From Leptospirales bacterium (lineage in GTDB: Bacteria; Spirochaetota; Leptospiria; Turneriellales; JAOUFE01), in the NCBI GenBank assembly GCA_040326155.1, contig JBEQLE010000019.1, positions 1-60,637 of the forward strand: a stretch of DNA of 60,637 nt, given 5' to 3'. Position numbers and translations under genes: made by a program. Positions within the stretch are counted from its first letter, which is position 1. Each line of letters begins with the position of its first letter. Below, piece after piece: positions 45,951-55,623 of the stretch. The notes below the pieces were generated by a model. The model had not been told where the DNA came from. It made no database searches and saw nothing but the letters and a program-made list of their open reading frames with translations.

Positions 45951-46716
45951 ATTAGTTTCAAATATTAAGTCTAAATATTCATGGTTTCTACCATTTTTGC
46001 TTTTTTTATTATTTGGGTTTAACGCCTGTGGCGCAGCGGCCATACAAGATGAAATAGACCCAGATGCCTTTGCCTGGAAATACAAGGCTATTTTAATTTC
46101 AGGAGATTCCAGTATTACTGCGTTTGATAATGCTAGAGAATCTGTGAAACGGTTATTGGTAAGCAAAGGTGTAAAACCTGGAGATATCTATGAACTCTCG
46201 CGAATAAAAGCGAAACTCAGAGGAAGAATAAAGTATACAACTGAAAAAAATATTGAAAACGCTTTTAAACAGTTAAAAGTTGGGCTCAATTCTGCCTGTA
46301 TGATTTTTATGAGCAGCCACGGCAGCGAATATGGTTTTTCAATCGATGGCGTTGAACTTTTTACACCAGATGAGTTAAACGCTTTGTTAATTAAATATTG
46401 CGGTACGCAGCCTGCCGTCGTAATCGTCTCCGCTTGTTATTCTGGTATATTTACAAACAACAAAATGCTTCATCCCAACAGGGTCATTATGACAGCCGCG
46501 CGTAAAGATCGAACTTCTTTTGGATGCGGTGTCGAAAATCAGTATACCTATTACGATGGTTGTCTTGTGGCCAATTTGTCCGCTTATCGAACCTGGAGAA
46601 GCGTTGCTCTAAGCGCCAGAAAATGTATCGAACGTAAAGAAGTTGGCCTGCTACCCTCCTTGCCGCAAATTTACATCGGTCAGGATGTACGTACTTTGCA
46701 ACTCCCGACCAGATAA
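45940..46716 (+). CDS. C13 (legumain/caspase-fold) peptidase, putative lipoprotein
   Basis: FMSSHG and VSACYSG catalytic dyad, MTAARKDRTSFGC; LFGFNAC lipobox-like; overlaps the upstream stop. Confidence 0.85.
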   Translation: MLFKLVSNIKSKYSWFLPFLLFLLFGFNACGAAAIQDEIDPDAFAWKYKAILISGDSSITAFDNARESVKRLLVSKGVKPGDIYELSRIKAKLRGRIKYTTEKNIENAFKQLKVGLNSACMIFMSSHGSEYGFSIDGVELFTPDELNALLIKYCGTQPAVVIVSACYSGIFTNNKMLHPNRVIMTAARKDRTSFGCGVENQYTYYDGCLVANLSAYRTWRSVALSARKCIERKEVGLLPSLPQIYIGQDVRTLQLPTR

Positions 46717-46718
46717 AC

Positions 46719-46760
46719 TTACTTCCACAGACAAGTTCAAAAACATATCTGTGGAAGTAA
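46719..46760 (+). terminator. 13-bp perfect inverted repeat after the C13 peptidase gene (probable terminator or stem-loop)
   Basis: TTACTTCCACAGA, 16-nt loop, TCTGTGGAAGTAA. Confidence 0.55.
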
Positions 46761-46857
46761 TTTCTATTTACAGAACCGACAAAAGTAGATTATTGTTGTC
46801 GTCACATCCTCACTAAAGGCATACTGAATCTAACGATGTCCAAATCGGGGGGAATTT

Positions 46858-48210
46858 ATGAAACCATTTTTGTGTTTAAAAAATATTGATACGGTCGCAA
46901 CCGATGAATCGGGGAAAACAGAGCTTATGCATGGAGTTGATATTTTAATCGACCGAGGTTCCGGCATAATTGAAAAAATAGCTGCAAAGATACCAGACGA
47001 AGACAAAATAGAAAAGATCAACCTCTACGAAGGAAAGTTAGTTTTGCCTGGTTTTATTGACCCTCATGTCCATTTTCGCTACCCCGGCAAAGATATTGCA
47101 GAAAACTGGAATAGTGGTTCTCTAGCCGCATTGTTTGCAGGAGTAACTACCGTACTTGATATGCCAAACACATCTCCTCCAACGGTCAATGAAGAGGGGT
47201 TACGAATTAAATTGGACCATATAGAAAAAGAATCTTTTATTAACTATGGCTTGTTCGGCGGACTGACCCGCAACAATCTGGAATTCTTACTCAAAACAGA
47301 CGAAATTAAGGCTGTAAAAATCTACCTTGCCTCTACAACCGGCGATCTATTAATAGAAAAAATGCCTGCATTGCAAAATAAAATGACAGACAAAGTTTTT
47401 ACCTTTCACGCCGAAGACGAAACCATCATTCGAAACAACCGGGATAAAAATGGACCTTTAAAAAACCCCTGGGAACATAGCAGCATTCGAAGTGAAGAAG
47501 CAGCCATCTCGGCAACGAAACGTGTTATCGAACTTTCAAAAACTTTTGACCTGAAATTTCACATTGCCCATGTAACCACCGACCGTGAAGTCGAATTACT
47601 ACAATCTGTAAATTCTTCCCGAATAACGTTCGAAGTGGCGCCGCACCATATGTATAAAAACACCGATGACTACAAAGTTGGAGCTTACCAGTGGAAGTGC
47701 AACCCCCCACTAAGATCGCCTGCCACCTCTCAACGCTTACGCGAATGTCTGCATAATGGTGAAATTCCGATGATAGCAACGGACCATGCCCCCCACCCTA
47801 TGAGCGCGAAAACCGTAACCGATGCAGAACCCGCAAGTGGAGTTCCCTCGCTGGAAGTTGGAACTCATCTGGTACTTTCCGATCTTGCGAAAGGGAAATT
47901 GACAGAAGTACAAGCCGCAAATGTTTTGTCTGCAAATGCAGCCAATCTGTTTTCCATTCAAAAAAGAGGTAAAATTCAAACTGGAAACTTTGCCGACCTT
48001 GCCATTGTCGATCTGCAACAAACCTGGACTTTTAACCAGGACGATGTGCAAAGCGCTTGTGGATGGAGCCCCTTTGTTGGCGACACTTTTGATGCCAAAG
48101 TTGTAGCAACCTTTGTGAACGGAGTTGGCTACCGTAGCGCCGAGCTAAAGAAATTCAGCAACCTCAGCCAAACTGGACAAAAACGAACCGGAACTGTTTA
48201 TCGAGTATAA
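46858..48210 (+). CDS. pyrC: Dihydroorotase-family cyclic amidohydrolase
   Basis: LPGFIDPHVHFR.PG, GVTTVLDMPNT, KIYL, HAED, HIAHVTT, KCNPPLR and ATDHAPH motifs. Confidence 0.8.
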   Translation: MKPFLCLKNIDTVATDESGKTELMHGVDILIDRGSGIIEKIAAKIPDEDKIEKINLYEGKLVLPGFIDPHVHFRYPGKDIAENWNSGSLAALFAGVTTVLDMPNTSPPTVNEEGLRIKLDHIEKESFINYGLFGGLTRNNLEFLLKTDEIKAVKIYLASTTGDLLIEKMPALQNKMTDKVFTFHAEDETIIRNNRDKNGPLKNPWEHSSIRSEEAAISATKRVIELSKTFDLKFHIAHVTTDREVELLQSVNSSRITFEVAPHHMYKNTDDYKVGAYQWKCNPPLRSPATSQRLRECLHNGEIPMIATDHAPHPMSAKTVTDAEPASGVPSLEVGTHLVLSDLAKGKLTEVQAANVLSANAANLFSIQKRGKIQTGNFADLAIVDLQQTWTFNQDDVQSACGWSPFVGDTFDAKVVATFVNGVGYRSAELKKFSNLSQTGQKRTGTVYRV

Positions 48211-48539
48211 CTCGACGAACTCATTCCTATATTGCGTTGCTGTGTATACTTTTCGACTGAAATTGGTTTCATTTTCATGGGTGCCGTCCAGTTTATACAA
48301 TAAAGTTAAAACAAGAAAAGTAATATTCATAGCTATATGAATAGCAATATGAACAGATAACAATTGAATTTGGAATTTTCTTTTGGGTTCTTATCATAAT
48401 TGAAAAAAATCCAAATTTTAAAAATTTATTTTTTCATTTTCTATATATATTTTCGTCATTAATTTCTGCACTATTTCTTTTATCTATTATTTGCCCGTTT
48501 CATGATATTCATGCTATATTATAATAGCAGGGAAAATTT

Positions 48540-50075
48540 ATGGAACAAACACTTCATAAGCTCGGTCTAAAAGAAAATAATTCAGGAGTGTATTGCAGTG
48601 GGTGGCTTAAAAACCCATCTGGGCCAAATATAGCGTCTGTGAACCCCGCAAATGGTAAGATTATTGCCCATGTAAAAAGTGCGGGACCGAAAGATTTAGA
48701 CCTGGTTATTGAGAACTCCTTTGACTCCTTTAAAAAATGGAGTAAGATACCTGCGCCGCATCGTGGAGAAATTATACGACAAATTGCCGTTGAGTTGCGA
48801 AAATACAAAACGGTATTAGCCCGACTGTTGACCATGGAGATGGGTAAAACACTTTCCGAAGCCGAAGGCGAAGTGCAAGAAATGATCGATGTCGCCGACT
48901 TTGCCGTGGGGCTTTCGAGACAACTATACGGACTCACCATGCACAGTGAAAGAGCGGAACACCGAATGTATGAACAGTGGCATCCTCTTGGCCCGATTGG
49001 AATTATAAGCGCTTTTAACTTTCCCGCTGCGGTCTGGTCCTGGAACGCCATGATTGGCGGAGTCTGCGGCGATACCATGGTCTGGAAACCATCGTCCAAA
49101 ACCCCACTGACGGCTATGGCCATTCAAAATATTATTAGTCCGGTATTAGCGCAAAATAACGTGGAAGGAATAATGAACCTGGTTATTGGTTCGGGCGAAA
49201 TTATAGGCGAGGGTTTAATCGCCGATAAACGAATTGCTTTAATTAGTGCGACCGGTTCTGTTGCTATGGGTAGAAAAGTTGCCGGTATTGTTGCCCGCAG
49301 GTTTGGAAAAACCATTCTCGAACTTGGCGGAAACAACGCCATTGTAGTCATGGAAGATGCAAACATGGATCTGGTAATTCGCGCAATTTTATTTGCAGCC
49401 ATTGGAACCGCAGGTCAGCGGTGTACAACGACTCGCAGAATATTGGCTCATAAAAATATTCACAAAGAGCTGGTTAACAGACTGGTGAAAGCCTACGCCA
49501 GCATAAAGATTGGAGACCCTCTCGATAAAAATATGTTGATGGGACCGCTTGTGGATAAAATTGCAGTTGAAAATATGCAACAAGCTCTTGTCGAAATTGT
49601 AAAACAAGGCGGCGAAATTATTTATGGGGGAAACCAGTTAAAAACGGGCAAATTTGAACATGGTTTTTATATGGAACCGACAATCGTACTTGCCCCAAAA
49701 GAAATGCCGATTTTACAAGAAGAGGTTTTCGCGCCAATATTGTATATTATAAAAACAGCGAACCTGAAAGAGGCGATCGAAATACATAACAACGTACCGC
49801 AAGGTCTATCTTCAGCCTTGTTTACGGAAAGCTTACAATATTCCGAACAGTTTTTAAGCCACTGTGGAAGTGACTGTGGCATAGCAAATATAAATATTGG
49901 CACCAGCGGCGCCGAAATCGGCGGAGCCTTTGGTGGGGAAAAAGATACCGGCGGCGGCCGAGAATCGGGAAGCGACGCCTGGAAGGTTTATATGCGAAGG
50001 CAGACAACCACAATAAACTGGTCCGGAAAGTTGCCACTGTCGCAGGGGATAAAATTTGGTAACGAGAAGGTTTAA
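48540..50075 (+). CDS. ALDH7/antiquitin-type aldehyde dehydrogenase (piperideine-6-carboxylate / alpha-aminoadipate semialdehyde dehydrogenase)
   Basis: GEVQEMID..DFAVGLSRQLYG, ISAFNFP, LELGGNNA, AGQRCTT and GTSGAEIGGAFGGEK.TGGGRESGSDAWK motifs. Confidence 0.92.
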   Translation: MEQTLHKLGLKENNSGVYCSGWLKNPSGPNIASVNPANGKIIAHVKSAGPKDLDLVIENSFDSFKKWSKIPAPHRGEIIRQIAVELRKYKTVLARLLTMEMGKTLSEAEGEVQEMIDVADFAVGLSRQLYGLTMHSERAEHRMYEQWHPLGPIGIISAFNFPAAVWSWNAMIGGVCGDTMVWKPSSKTPLTAMAIQNIISPVLAQNNVEGIMNLVIGSGEIIGEGLIADKRIALISATGSVAMGRKVAGIVARRFGKTILELGGNNAIVVMEDANMDLVIRAILFAAIGTAGQRCTTTRRILAHKNIHKELVNRLVKAYASIKIGDPLDKNMLMGPLVDKIAVENMQQALVEIVKQGGEIIYGGNQLKTGKFEHGFYMEPTIVLAPKEMPILQEEVFAPILYIIKTANLKEAIEIHNNVPQGLSSALFTESLQYSEQFLSHCGSDCGIANINIGTSGAEIGGAFGGEKDTGGGRESGSDAWKVYMRRQTTTINWSGKLPLSQGIKFGNEKV

Positions 50076-51248
50076 ATGGATAAAAAAGGTAAAAATTTCT
50101 TATTGCTGGGCGCCGGAAAAATGGGCAAAGCCATTGCTTACGATCTTCTGAACCATCAAAATGCCCATAAACTAATTATAGCCGACCGTCATATGGATAA
50201 AGCGATCAAATTAAAAAAGTGGCTTGGTAAACCATTCAGTGAAAAAATAGAAATTGTGGAAACCGATGTAACCGACGAAGCCAGACTTATTTCATCGATG
50301 AAAGGTGCCGATTGTGTCATCAGCGCCGTAAACTATCAATTTAATTATATGGCAGCAAAAGCTGCTGTAGAGGCTGGCGTCAACTATTGCGACCTGGGAC
50401 AAAATGTCGAAATAGTAAATAAAGAATTTACTCTTTCAGAAAAGGCGGCTGAAAAAAATCTTACGCTGATTCCTGATGGCGGCGTCGCCCCAGGAATGGT
50501 CGACATTATCGCGGCGCATGGAATTAAACATTTTGACGAAGTAGAACGAGCGCTTTTGCGTGTGGGAGGATTGCCTCGCTACCCTCGCCCCCCTCTGAAT
50601 TACGCCGTGACCTGGTCCGTGCATGGGCTCATTAACGAATATATAGAAAAAGCCAGAATTCTACGAAACGGTGAATTCCAGGAAATTGAATCTTTGAGCG
50701 AACCTGAAACGATTTCATTTCACTATCCCTTTAATAAAATGGAGGCTTTTATTACCTCAGGTGGGTGTTCCACCCTGCCGCTTACATATCAGGGAAAAAT
50801 TGCTGAGCTTAACTATAAAACAATACGATACCCCAACCATTATCATATAATGAGAGCTTTCGTTGAGCTGGGTTTTACAGACGAAAAACCAATACGGGTT
50901 TCGGACGCCACAATTTCGCCTCGCGTTTTTCTAGAAAAACTACTGCGCGATAAATTAAAAACCGACCATGTGGAAGATGTACTTTTACTTCGAGTTACCA
51001 TTACCGGAAAGAAAAATGGTAAAAACGCAGAAGAGATTTATGAGATGATCGATTACCACGACTCGGGCACCGGTTTAACCGCAATGATGAGAACTACAGG
51101 TTTTTCGCTGGCGATTGTTGCCGGAATGATCGCAGAAAATAAAATTCAAAAACGCGGCGTCTTAACCCAGGAAGAATCGATACCCACAAAAGAGTACATG
51201 GCTGAATTAGAAAAACGGGGAATAAAAATAGTGGTTAAAACTTCCTAA
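50076..51248 (+). CDS. Saccharopine dehydrogenase family / lysine 6-dehydrogenase-like
   Basis: LLGAGKMG, DLG.N, G.APG, VGGLP, WSVHGLINEY, YKTIRYP.H and TAMMRTTGF motifs; abuts the ALDH stop. Confidence 0.88.
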   Translation: MDKKGKNFLLLGAGKMGKAIAYDLLNHQNAHKLIIADRHMDKAIKLKKWLGKPFSEKIEIVETDVTDEARLISSMKGADCVISAVNYQFNYMAAKAAVEAGVNYCDLGQNVEIVNKEFTLSEKAAEKNLTLIPDGGVAPGMVDIIAAHGIKHFDEVERALLRVGGLPRYPRPPLNYAVTWSVHGLINEYIEKARILRNGEFQEIESLSEPETISFHYPFNKMEAFITSGGCSTLPLTYQGKIAELNYKTIRYPNHYHIMRAFVELGFTDEKPIRVSDATISPRVFLEKLLRDKLKTDHVEDVLLLRVTITGKKNGKNAEEIYEMIDYHDSGTGLTAMMRTTGFSLAIVAGMIAENKIQKRGVLTQEESIPTKEYMAELEKRGIKIVVKTS

Positions 51249-51315
51249 CGCATTAAAGCATATATAAAAAACTCTTAATTCCTTGACTTTTCGTTAGAAA
51301 ATAAGTTTATACATT

Positions 51316-52197
51316 ATGAGCGATTTCAGTGAAATTTATAAAACAAACGACTCGTTTGAAGCGAATATTATTAAAACAAAACTTGCGGACGCCGGCATTA
51401 ATGTCCATCTGGAAGGTGAAAATAGAAACGCCCTGGGGGTTTTACCTTTTGACGACGCAGCGATTCGTATCTATGTGTGGAACGAGAACTTTGAACGGGC
51501 CAAAGAAATTTTACATGAAATGGATGGTGTTACGCCGAATGATATCGATATAAACCACGAGAATCAGGAAAGTCTGGAAGATGATAACAGTTCAAAAAGC
51601 ATTGCTCAAAACAGGCAAACCGCGCCTGGTTTTACGATGAAAACATTGATTATAACGTTAATGGTGGGAGCGTTTATGGGAACAGCACTATATTCTTTGA
51701 ATCCTTTTGGTCTGTTTCCTGTTGGTGGTCCGTTAGACTTTTCCAGTTATGGTCATTCAAATGAAAGCACTACCAGTAATGATTTTTATATATTTAATTG
51801 GAATGATTCAACTCGTTGTGAAACTACATACTGGAAAGAGGATGAATCGTTAGATACTATTAATTGTGATCACAATGAAAATGAATATTTTGAGGTTTTT
51901 ACGGGATATTCAAGAGATGGGGAATTTTACACCAAATTCTATGACAACAATGAAAATGGTATATTTGAGAAAGTTATCGATTACAATATAAAAGATGAGA
52001 AACTGTTTCAATATACGATTAATGATTTCACTGGTAATTTGGATGAATCTGTCGAATATTATTCAGAAAATAATACAATGGAAATGTTATTTGATCAAAA
52101 AACCGGAAAAACAAAAACAATTATAGTTAAAAATGGCGATAATATTATTCAACAATTTGATATTGATCTAAAGACGGGGGTACTGAAAAAACATTGA
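51316..52197 (+). CDS. DUF2007-like N-terminal domain, TM segment and acidic extracytoplasmic domain
   Basis: FEANIIK.KL.DAGI...L.GE...RIYV.....RAKEIL; repeated D.NENE/G motifs in the C-terminal part. Confidence 0.7.
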   Translation: MSDFSEIYKTNDSFEANIIKTKLADAGINVHLEGENRNALGVLPFDDAAIRIYVWNENFERAKEILHEMDGVTPNDIDINHENQESLEDDNSSKSIAQNRQTAPGFTMKTLIITLMVGAFMGTALYSLNPFGLFPVGGPLDFSSYGHSNESTTSNDFYIFNWNDSTRCETTYWKEDESLDTINCDHNENEYFEVFTGYSRDGEFYTKFYDNNENGIFEKVIDYNIKDEKLFQYTINDFTGNLDESVEYYSENNTMEMLFDQKTGKTKTIIVKNGDNIIQQFDIDLKTGVLKKH

Positions 52198-52227
52198 CGG
52201 GGGGTTCTATTTTTCTTCAAAAAACGT

Positions 52228-53187
52228 ATGAGTGAAATTCGTTACGATTGGACCCGAGAAGAGATTCAACAAATATATAACCGTCCCCTGCTCGATTTAG
52301 TATTTGCAGCCGCGACGGTTCATCGAGGTCACCACAACCCTTCGGAGATTCAAGTTTCTTCACTTGTATCGGTGAAAACCGGTGGGTGCAGCGAAGATTG
52401 TAAATACTGTTCTCAATCTTCTTTATATGATACCGAAACGGGTGACCAACCGATGATGGCGCTCGAAGCTGTCATTGAAGCGGCGAAACGGGCTAAACAA
52501 AGTGGCTCTACCCGGTTTTGTATGGGAACCGCCTGGCGAGAAATTCCCGATTCACAAATGGAGAACATTACTTCCATGATTGAGGCTGTTCGCAATATCG
52601 GTCTTGAAGTTTGCGCTACGATGGGTATGGTCACCGACGCGCAGGCCAAAGAGTTGAAAAATGCAGGTCTAAGCGCATACAACCATAACCTCGATTCGGG
52701 TGAAAAGTTTTATGAAAATATAGTCTCGACACGAAGCTACGCTGATAGGCTCGAAACCATTCGGCGCTTGCAAGAAGCCGGTATCGGCGTTTGTTCCGGG
52801 GGAATTATCGGTATGGGCGAAGAGGCCTCCGATCGCATAGATATGCTGTTTCATCTTTCAACGATGGCTACCCATCCTGAGTCAGTGCCTATCAATATTT
52901 TAGTGCCGGTAGAGGGAACTCCCCTAAAAAAAGATGAACGATTTAATTTCTGGGATCTGTTAAAAACAGTCGCTACGGCTCGTATTTTAATGCCAAAGTC
53001 ATTTGTGCGCTTAAGCGCGGGAAGAAAAGAGCTGAGCCAGGTAGAACAAGCGTTTTGCTTTATGGCCGGGGCAAATTCGGTCTTTGCCGGCGAAAAGCTC
53101 TTAACCACAGCCAACATTGATGAAGACAGTGACAAAGAGCTTTTCATTCTGCTGGGTTTAAAAACCCGGGAACCGGTTCTAATCTAA
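52228..53187 (+). CDS. bioB: Biotin synthase
   Basis: KTGGCSEDCKYCSQS, YNHNLD, CSGGIIGMGE, PESVPIN and RLSAGR motifs. Confidence 0.97.
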   Translation: MSEIRYDWTREEIQQIYNRPLLDLVFAAATVHRGHHNPSEIQVSSLVSVKTGGCSEDCKYCSQSSLYDTETGDQPMMALEAVIEAAKRAKQSGSTRFCMGTAWREIPDSQMENITSMIEAVRNIGLEVCATMGMVTDAQAKELKNAGLSAYNHNLDSGEKFYENIVSTRSYADRLETIRRLQEAGIGVCSGGIIGMGEEASDRIDMLFHLSTMATHPESVPINILVPVEGTPLKKDERFNFWDLLKTVATARILMPKSFVRLSAGRKELSQVEQAFCFMAGANSVFAGEKLLTTANIDEDSDKELFILLGLKTREPVLI

Positions 53188-53202
53188 GTTTTTGTTTAGA
53201 TT

Positions 53203-55188
53203 TTATTTCTTTTTGTTTTTTCCAGCGTCGTCTTTCGAATCTTTTTTAGGTGCTTCTTTGGCGGCTTTTGGCTCCGTTTTTTCAGCCGGTTTTGCCTCTT
53301 TTTCTGCGACTTTTGGTGCAGATGTTTTATCAGGTTCAGGAAGCGCTGAATCCATATAGTCGTACAGTCTGCTAACCAACACGGAAGGATCTTCCAGGCG
53401 GTCGTCGAGCAGTTTCGCTGAATCATAAAGAGCCTTTACTGAAGTAGTAAATTCTGGCGAGTCGGGCGATTTTTGATACAATCCTGCAATTTTTTTCATC
53501 AGGGAGTGTTGTAAGTTTACTTCCAGTATTCTTTTAGCTCCGGCAAAATCAGGATTCATTGCTTTCATCATCATTTCCATTTGCTGGTTCATCGCCTCTT
53601 TAGAAGAGACCAGTGAACATGGACTTTTTAACAATCGTTTCGATTCTTTAATATCTTCAATCTCATCGCCTATAACAGCTTTCATTCGGCCGATAAAGCT
53701 GGTCACAATTACCGGGTCGAGTTCGTCTTTGTCTTTGACTCCAGAATCGACCTCTGCCTTATCAATAGATGTAATATCTTTTTCTTTGTATTTTGCAATA
53801 ACGGGCATCAAGTAATCGTCAATTACATGATCAAGAAGTAACACTTCAATATCTTTTTCTGTAAAATATTCCAGGTTTGGACTATTTTTTAGAACATCCA
53901 GGTTTCTACCCGACAGATAATAAATTTCTTTCTGATCAGCTTTCATTCGTTCAAGATACTGAGCCAAAGATACGGTTTCGCCTTGTTTAGTTTTTGTACT
54001 TTGAAATCTGAGAAGATCAACCAATCGATCACGGTTTTCGTAATCCACCTCGATGCCTTCTTTTATGACATTACCAAATTGAGTATAAAACGTTTCAAAT
54101 TTTTTCGCGTCTTTTTCTGCCCATTTTTCAATCTCTTTAAGAATACGCCCTGTCAGAGCTTTTCGTATTTTAGCAAGCAGAGGGCTGTGTTGGGTAACCT
54201 CGCGTGAAACATTCAAGTCAAGATCTTCAGAATCGACCACCCCGCGCATAAAACGAAGATACGACGGAAGCAGGTCTTTACAATCGTTTTGAATAAAAAC
54301 TTTTTTCACATAAAGATGAACGTGAAAATCTTCAGGTTTTTGAAATATGTCGTTGTTACTTTTAGCTGGAAAAAACAAAAGTGCGCTATAAGCAATGGGA
54401 GCTTCGGCGTTCAAATGAACATGGCCAAGTTGGTCTTCCATGTCATGTGAGATGAATTTATAAAACTCTGTTCTTTCTTCTTCTTTCACCTGAGAAGCTT
54501 GTTTTCTCCAAAGTGCTGAAGATTTATTTGCATGTTCTTCACCAATATTAATTGGAAAATCTACAAAATTAGAATACTTATTAATAATATTCTTTAGTGA
54601 ATCGGCCGATGCAAATTCATCCTCACCTTCTTTCAATTGGATTATAATCTCCGTACCGCGATCGGCTTTTTCAATCTCTTCAAGAGTAAATTTACCGGTT
54701 CCTTCCGATTTCCACTGCCACGCTTTTTCATCTTTTGCAAAAGAACGTGTATTAATAGTAACTTCTTGAGCCACCATAAAAACCGAATAAAACCCGACAC
54801 CGAATTGACCAATTAAATCGGATTTTTGTTTGTCGTCTTTTTTCTCACTAAGCTCTTTTAAGAACTTCATCGTCCCAGATTTAGCAATGGTACCGATGTT
54901 CGCTATAATTTCATCATGGGTCATACCAATACCGGTATCTTTTATGGTAACTTGCTTTTTCTCTTCATCCAGAGTGATATCTATACGAAGTTCGGCGCTC
55001 TCATCAAGGAAACCTTTATCGGTAAGTCCTAAATATCGAATTTTATGAAGTGCGTCGGAGGCGTTGGAAACCAGCTCCCTTAAAAAGATCTCTTTGTGTG
55101 TGTACAAAGAATGAATTATTAAATGAAGCAATTGCTCCATTTCTGCTTGAAAGCTATGTTCTTCTACTTTATCTGTTGTTTTGCTCAT
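53203..55188 (-). CDS. htpG: Chaperone HtpG (Hsp90)
   Basis: FQAE, IFLRELVSNASDA, DTGIGM, GTIAKSG, IGQFGVGFYS and LNVSRE motifs; AGGAG RBS. Confidence 0.97.
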   Translation of the reverse strand: MSKTTDKVEEHSFQAEMEQLLHLIIHSLYTHKEIFLRELVSNASDALHKIRYLGLTDKGFLDESAELRIDITLDEEKKQVTIKDTGIGMTHDEIIANIGTIAKSGTMKFLKELSEKKDDKQKSDLIGQFGVGFYSVFMVAQEVTINTRSFAKDEKAWQWKSEGTGKFTLEEIEKADRGTEIIIQLKEGEDEFASADSLKNIINKYSNFVDFPINIGEEHANKSSALWRKQASQVKEEERTEFYKFISHDMEDQLGHVHLNAEAPIAYSALLFFPAKSNNDIFQKPEDFHVHLYVKKVFIQNDCKDLLPSYLRFMRGVVDSEDLDLNVSREVTQHSPLLAKIRKALTGRILKEIEKWAEKDAKKFETFYTQFGNVIKEGIEVDYENRDRLVDLLRFQSTKTKQGETVSLAQYLERMKADQKEIYYLSGRNLDVLKNSPNLEYFTEKDIEVLLLDHVIDDYLMPVIAKYKEKDITSIDKAEVDSGVKDKDELDPVIVTSFIGRMKAVIGDEIEDIKESKRLLKSPCSLVSSKEAMNQQMEMMMKAMNPDFAGAKRILEVNLQHSLMKKIAGLYQKSPDSPEFTTSVKALYDSAKLLDDRLEDPSVLVSRLYDYMDSALPEPDKTSAPKVAEKEAKPAEKTEPKAAKEAPKKDSKDDAGKNKKK

Positions 55189-55331
55189 GTGTTCTCCTTA
55201 AGAATGAAATCCAATTTTGGATATAGATTATTGTGAAAGCGACTAACTACCGAATAAAAACATCCAGACAACCACTTTTTAGAATTAGTCGACTAAGAAC
55301 TGATACTTTGTATATAGATTATGATAGAGTC

Positions 55332-55374
55332 AAAAAGAAAACCGACCCAGACACTTGAATTACCCGAGCCGGTG
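55332..55374 (-). terminator. Terminator-like hairpin between the kinase genes and htpG
   Basis: Minus strand ACCGGCTCGGGT...GTCTGGGTCGGT (G-U-rich stem) followed by TTCTTTTT. Confidence 0.5.
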
Positions 55375-55623
55375 CTATGAAGGAAGCCTTTACAATGAGT
55401 AAAGTCATTCATTACAGCAAAAGAACCTTATTTGTTTACGTCAATGGAAAGATACATGAATTTCTTTCATTATGCAATCCCCCAAATGGGTGATTTTTTA
55501 AACTTGGTAAACGAATTTTTGGAAAGACCGGTGCACAAGTTACGCTTGTGGAATCGCAGTTTATAGATGATGAACGACTTCCGACGGGACTATAGCTGCC
55601 GCTTCCCTTTCAGGATTTGTTTA

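Noticed and set aside
52228..53187. Stand-alone bioB as a novelty
   Set aside because: Dispersed bio genes are common, and the rest of the pathway may lie outside the window.
55190..55330. CIRCE/HrcA operator upstream of htpG
   Set aside because: Only a short TTAGTCGACTAA palindrome; it does not match TTAGCACTC-N9-GAGTGCTAA.
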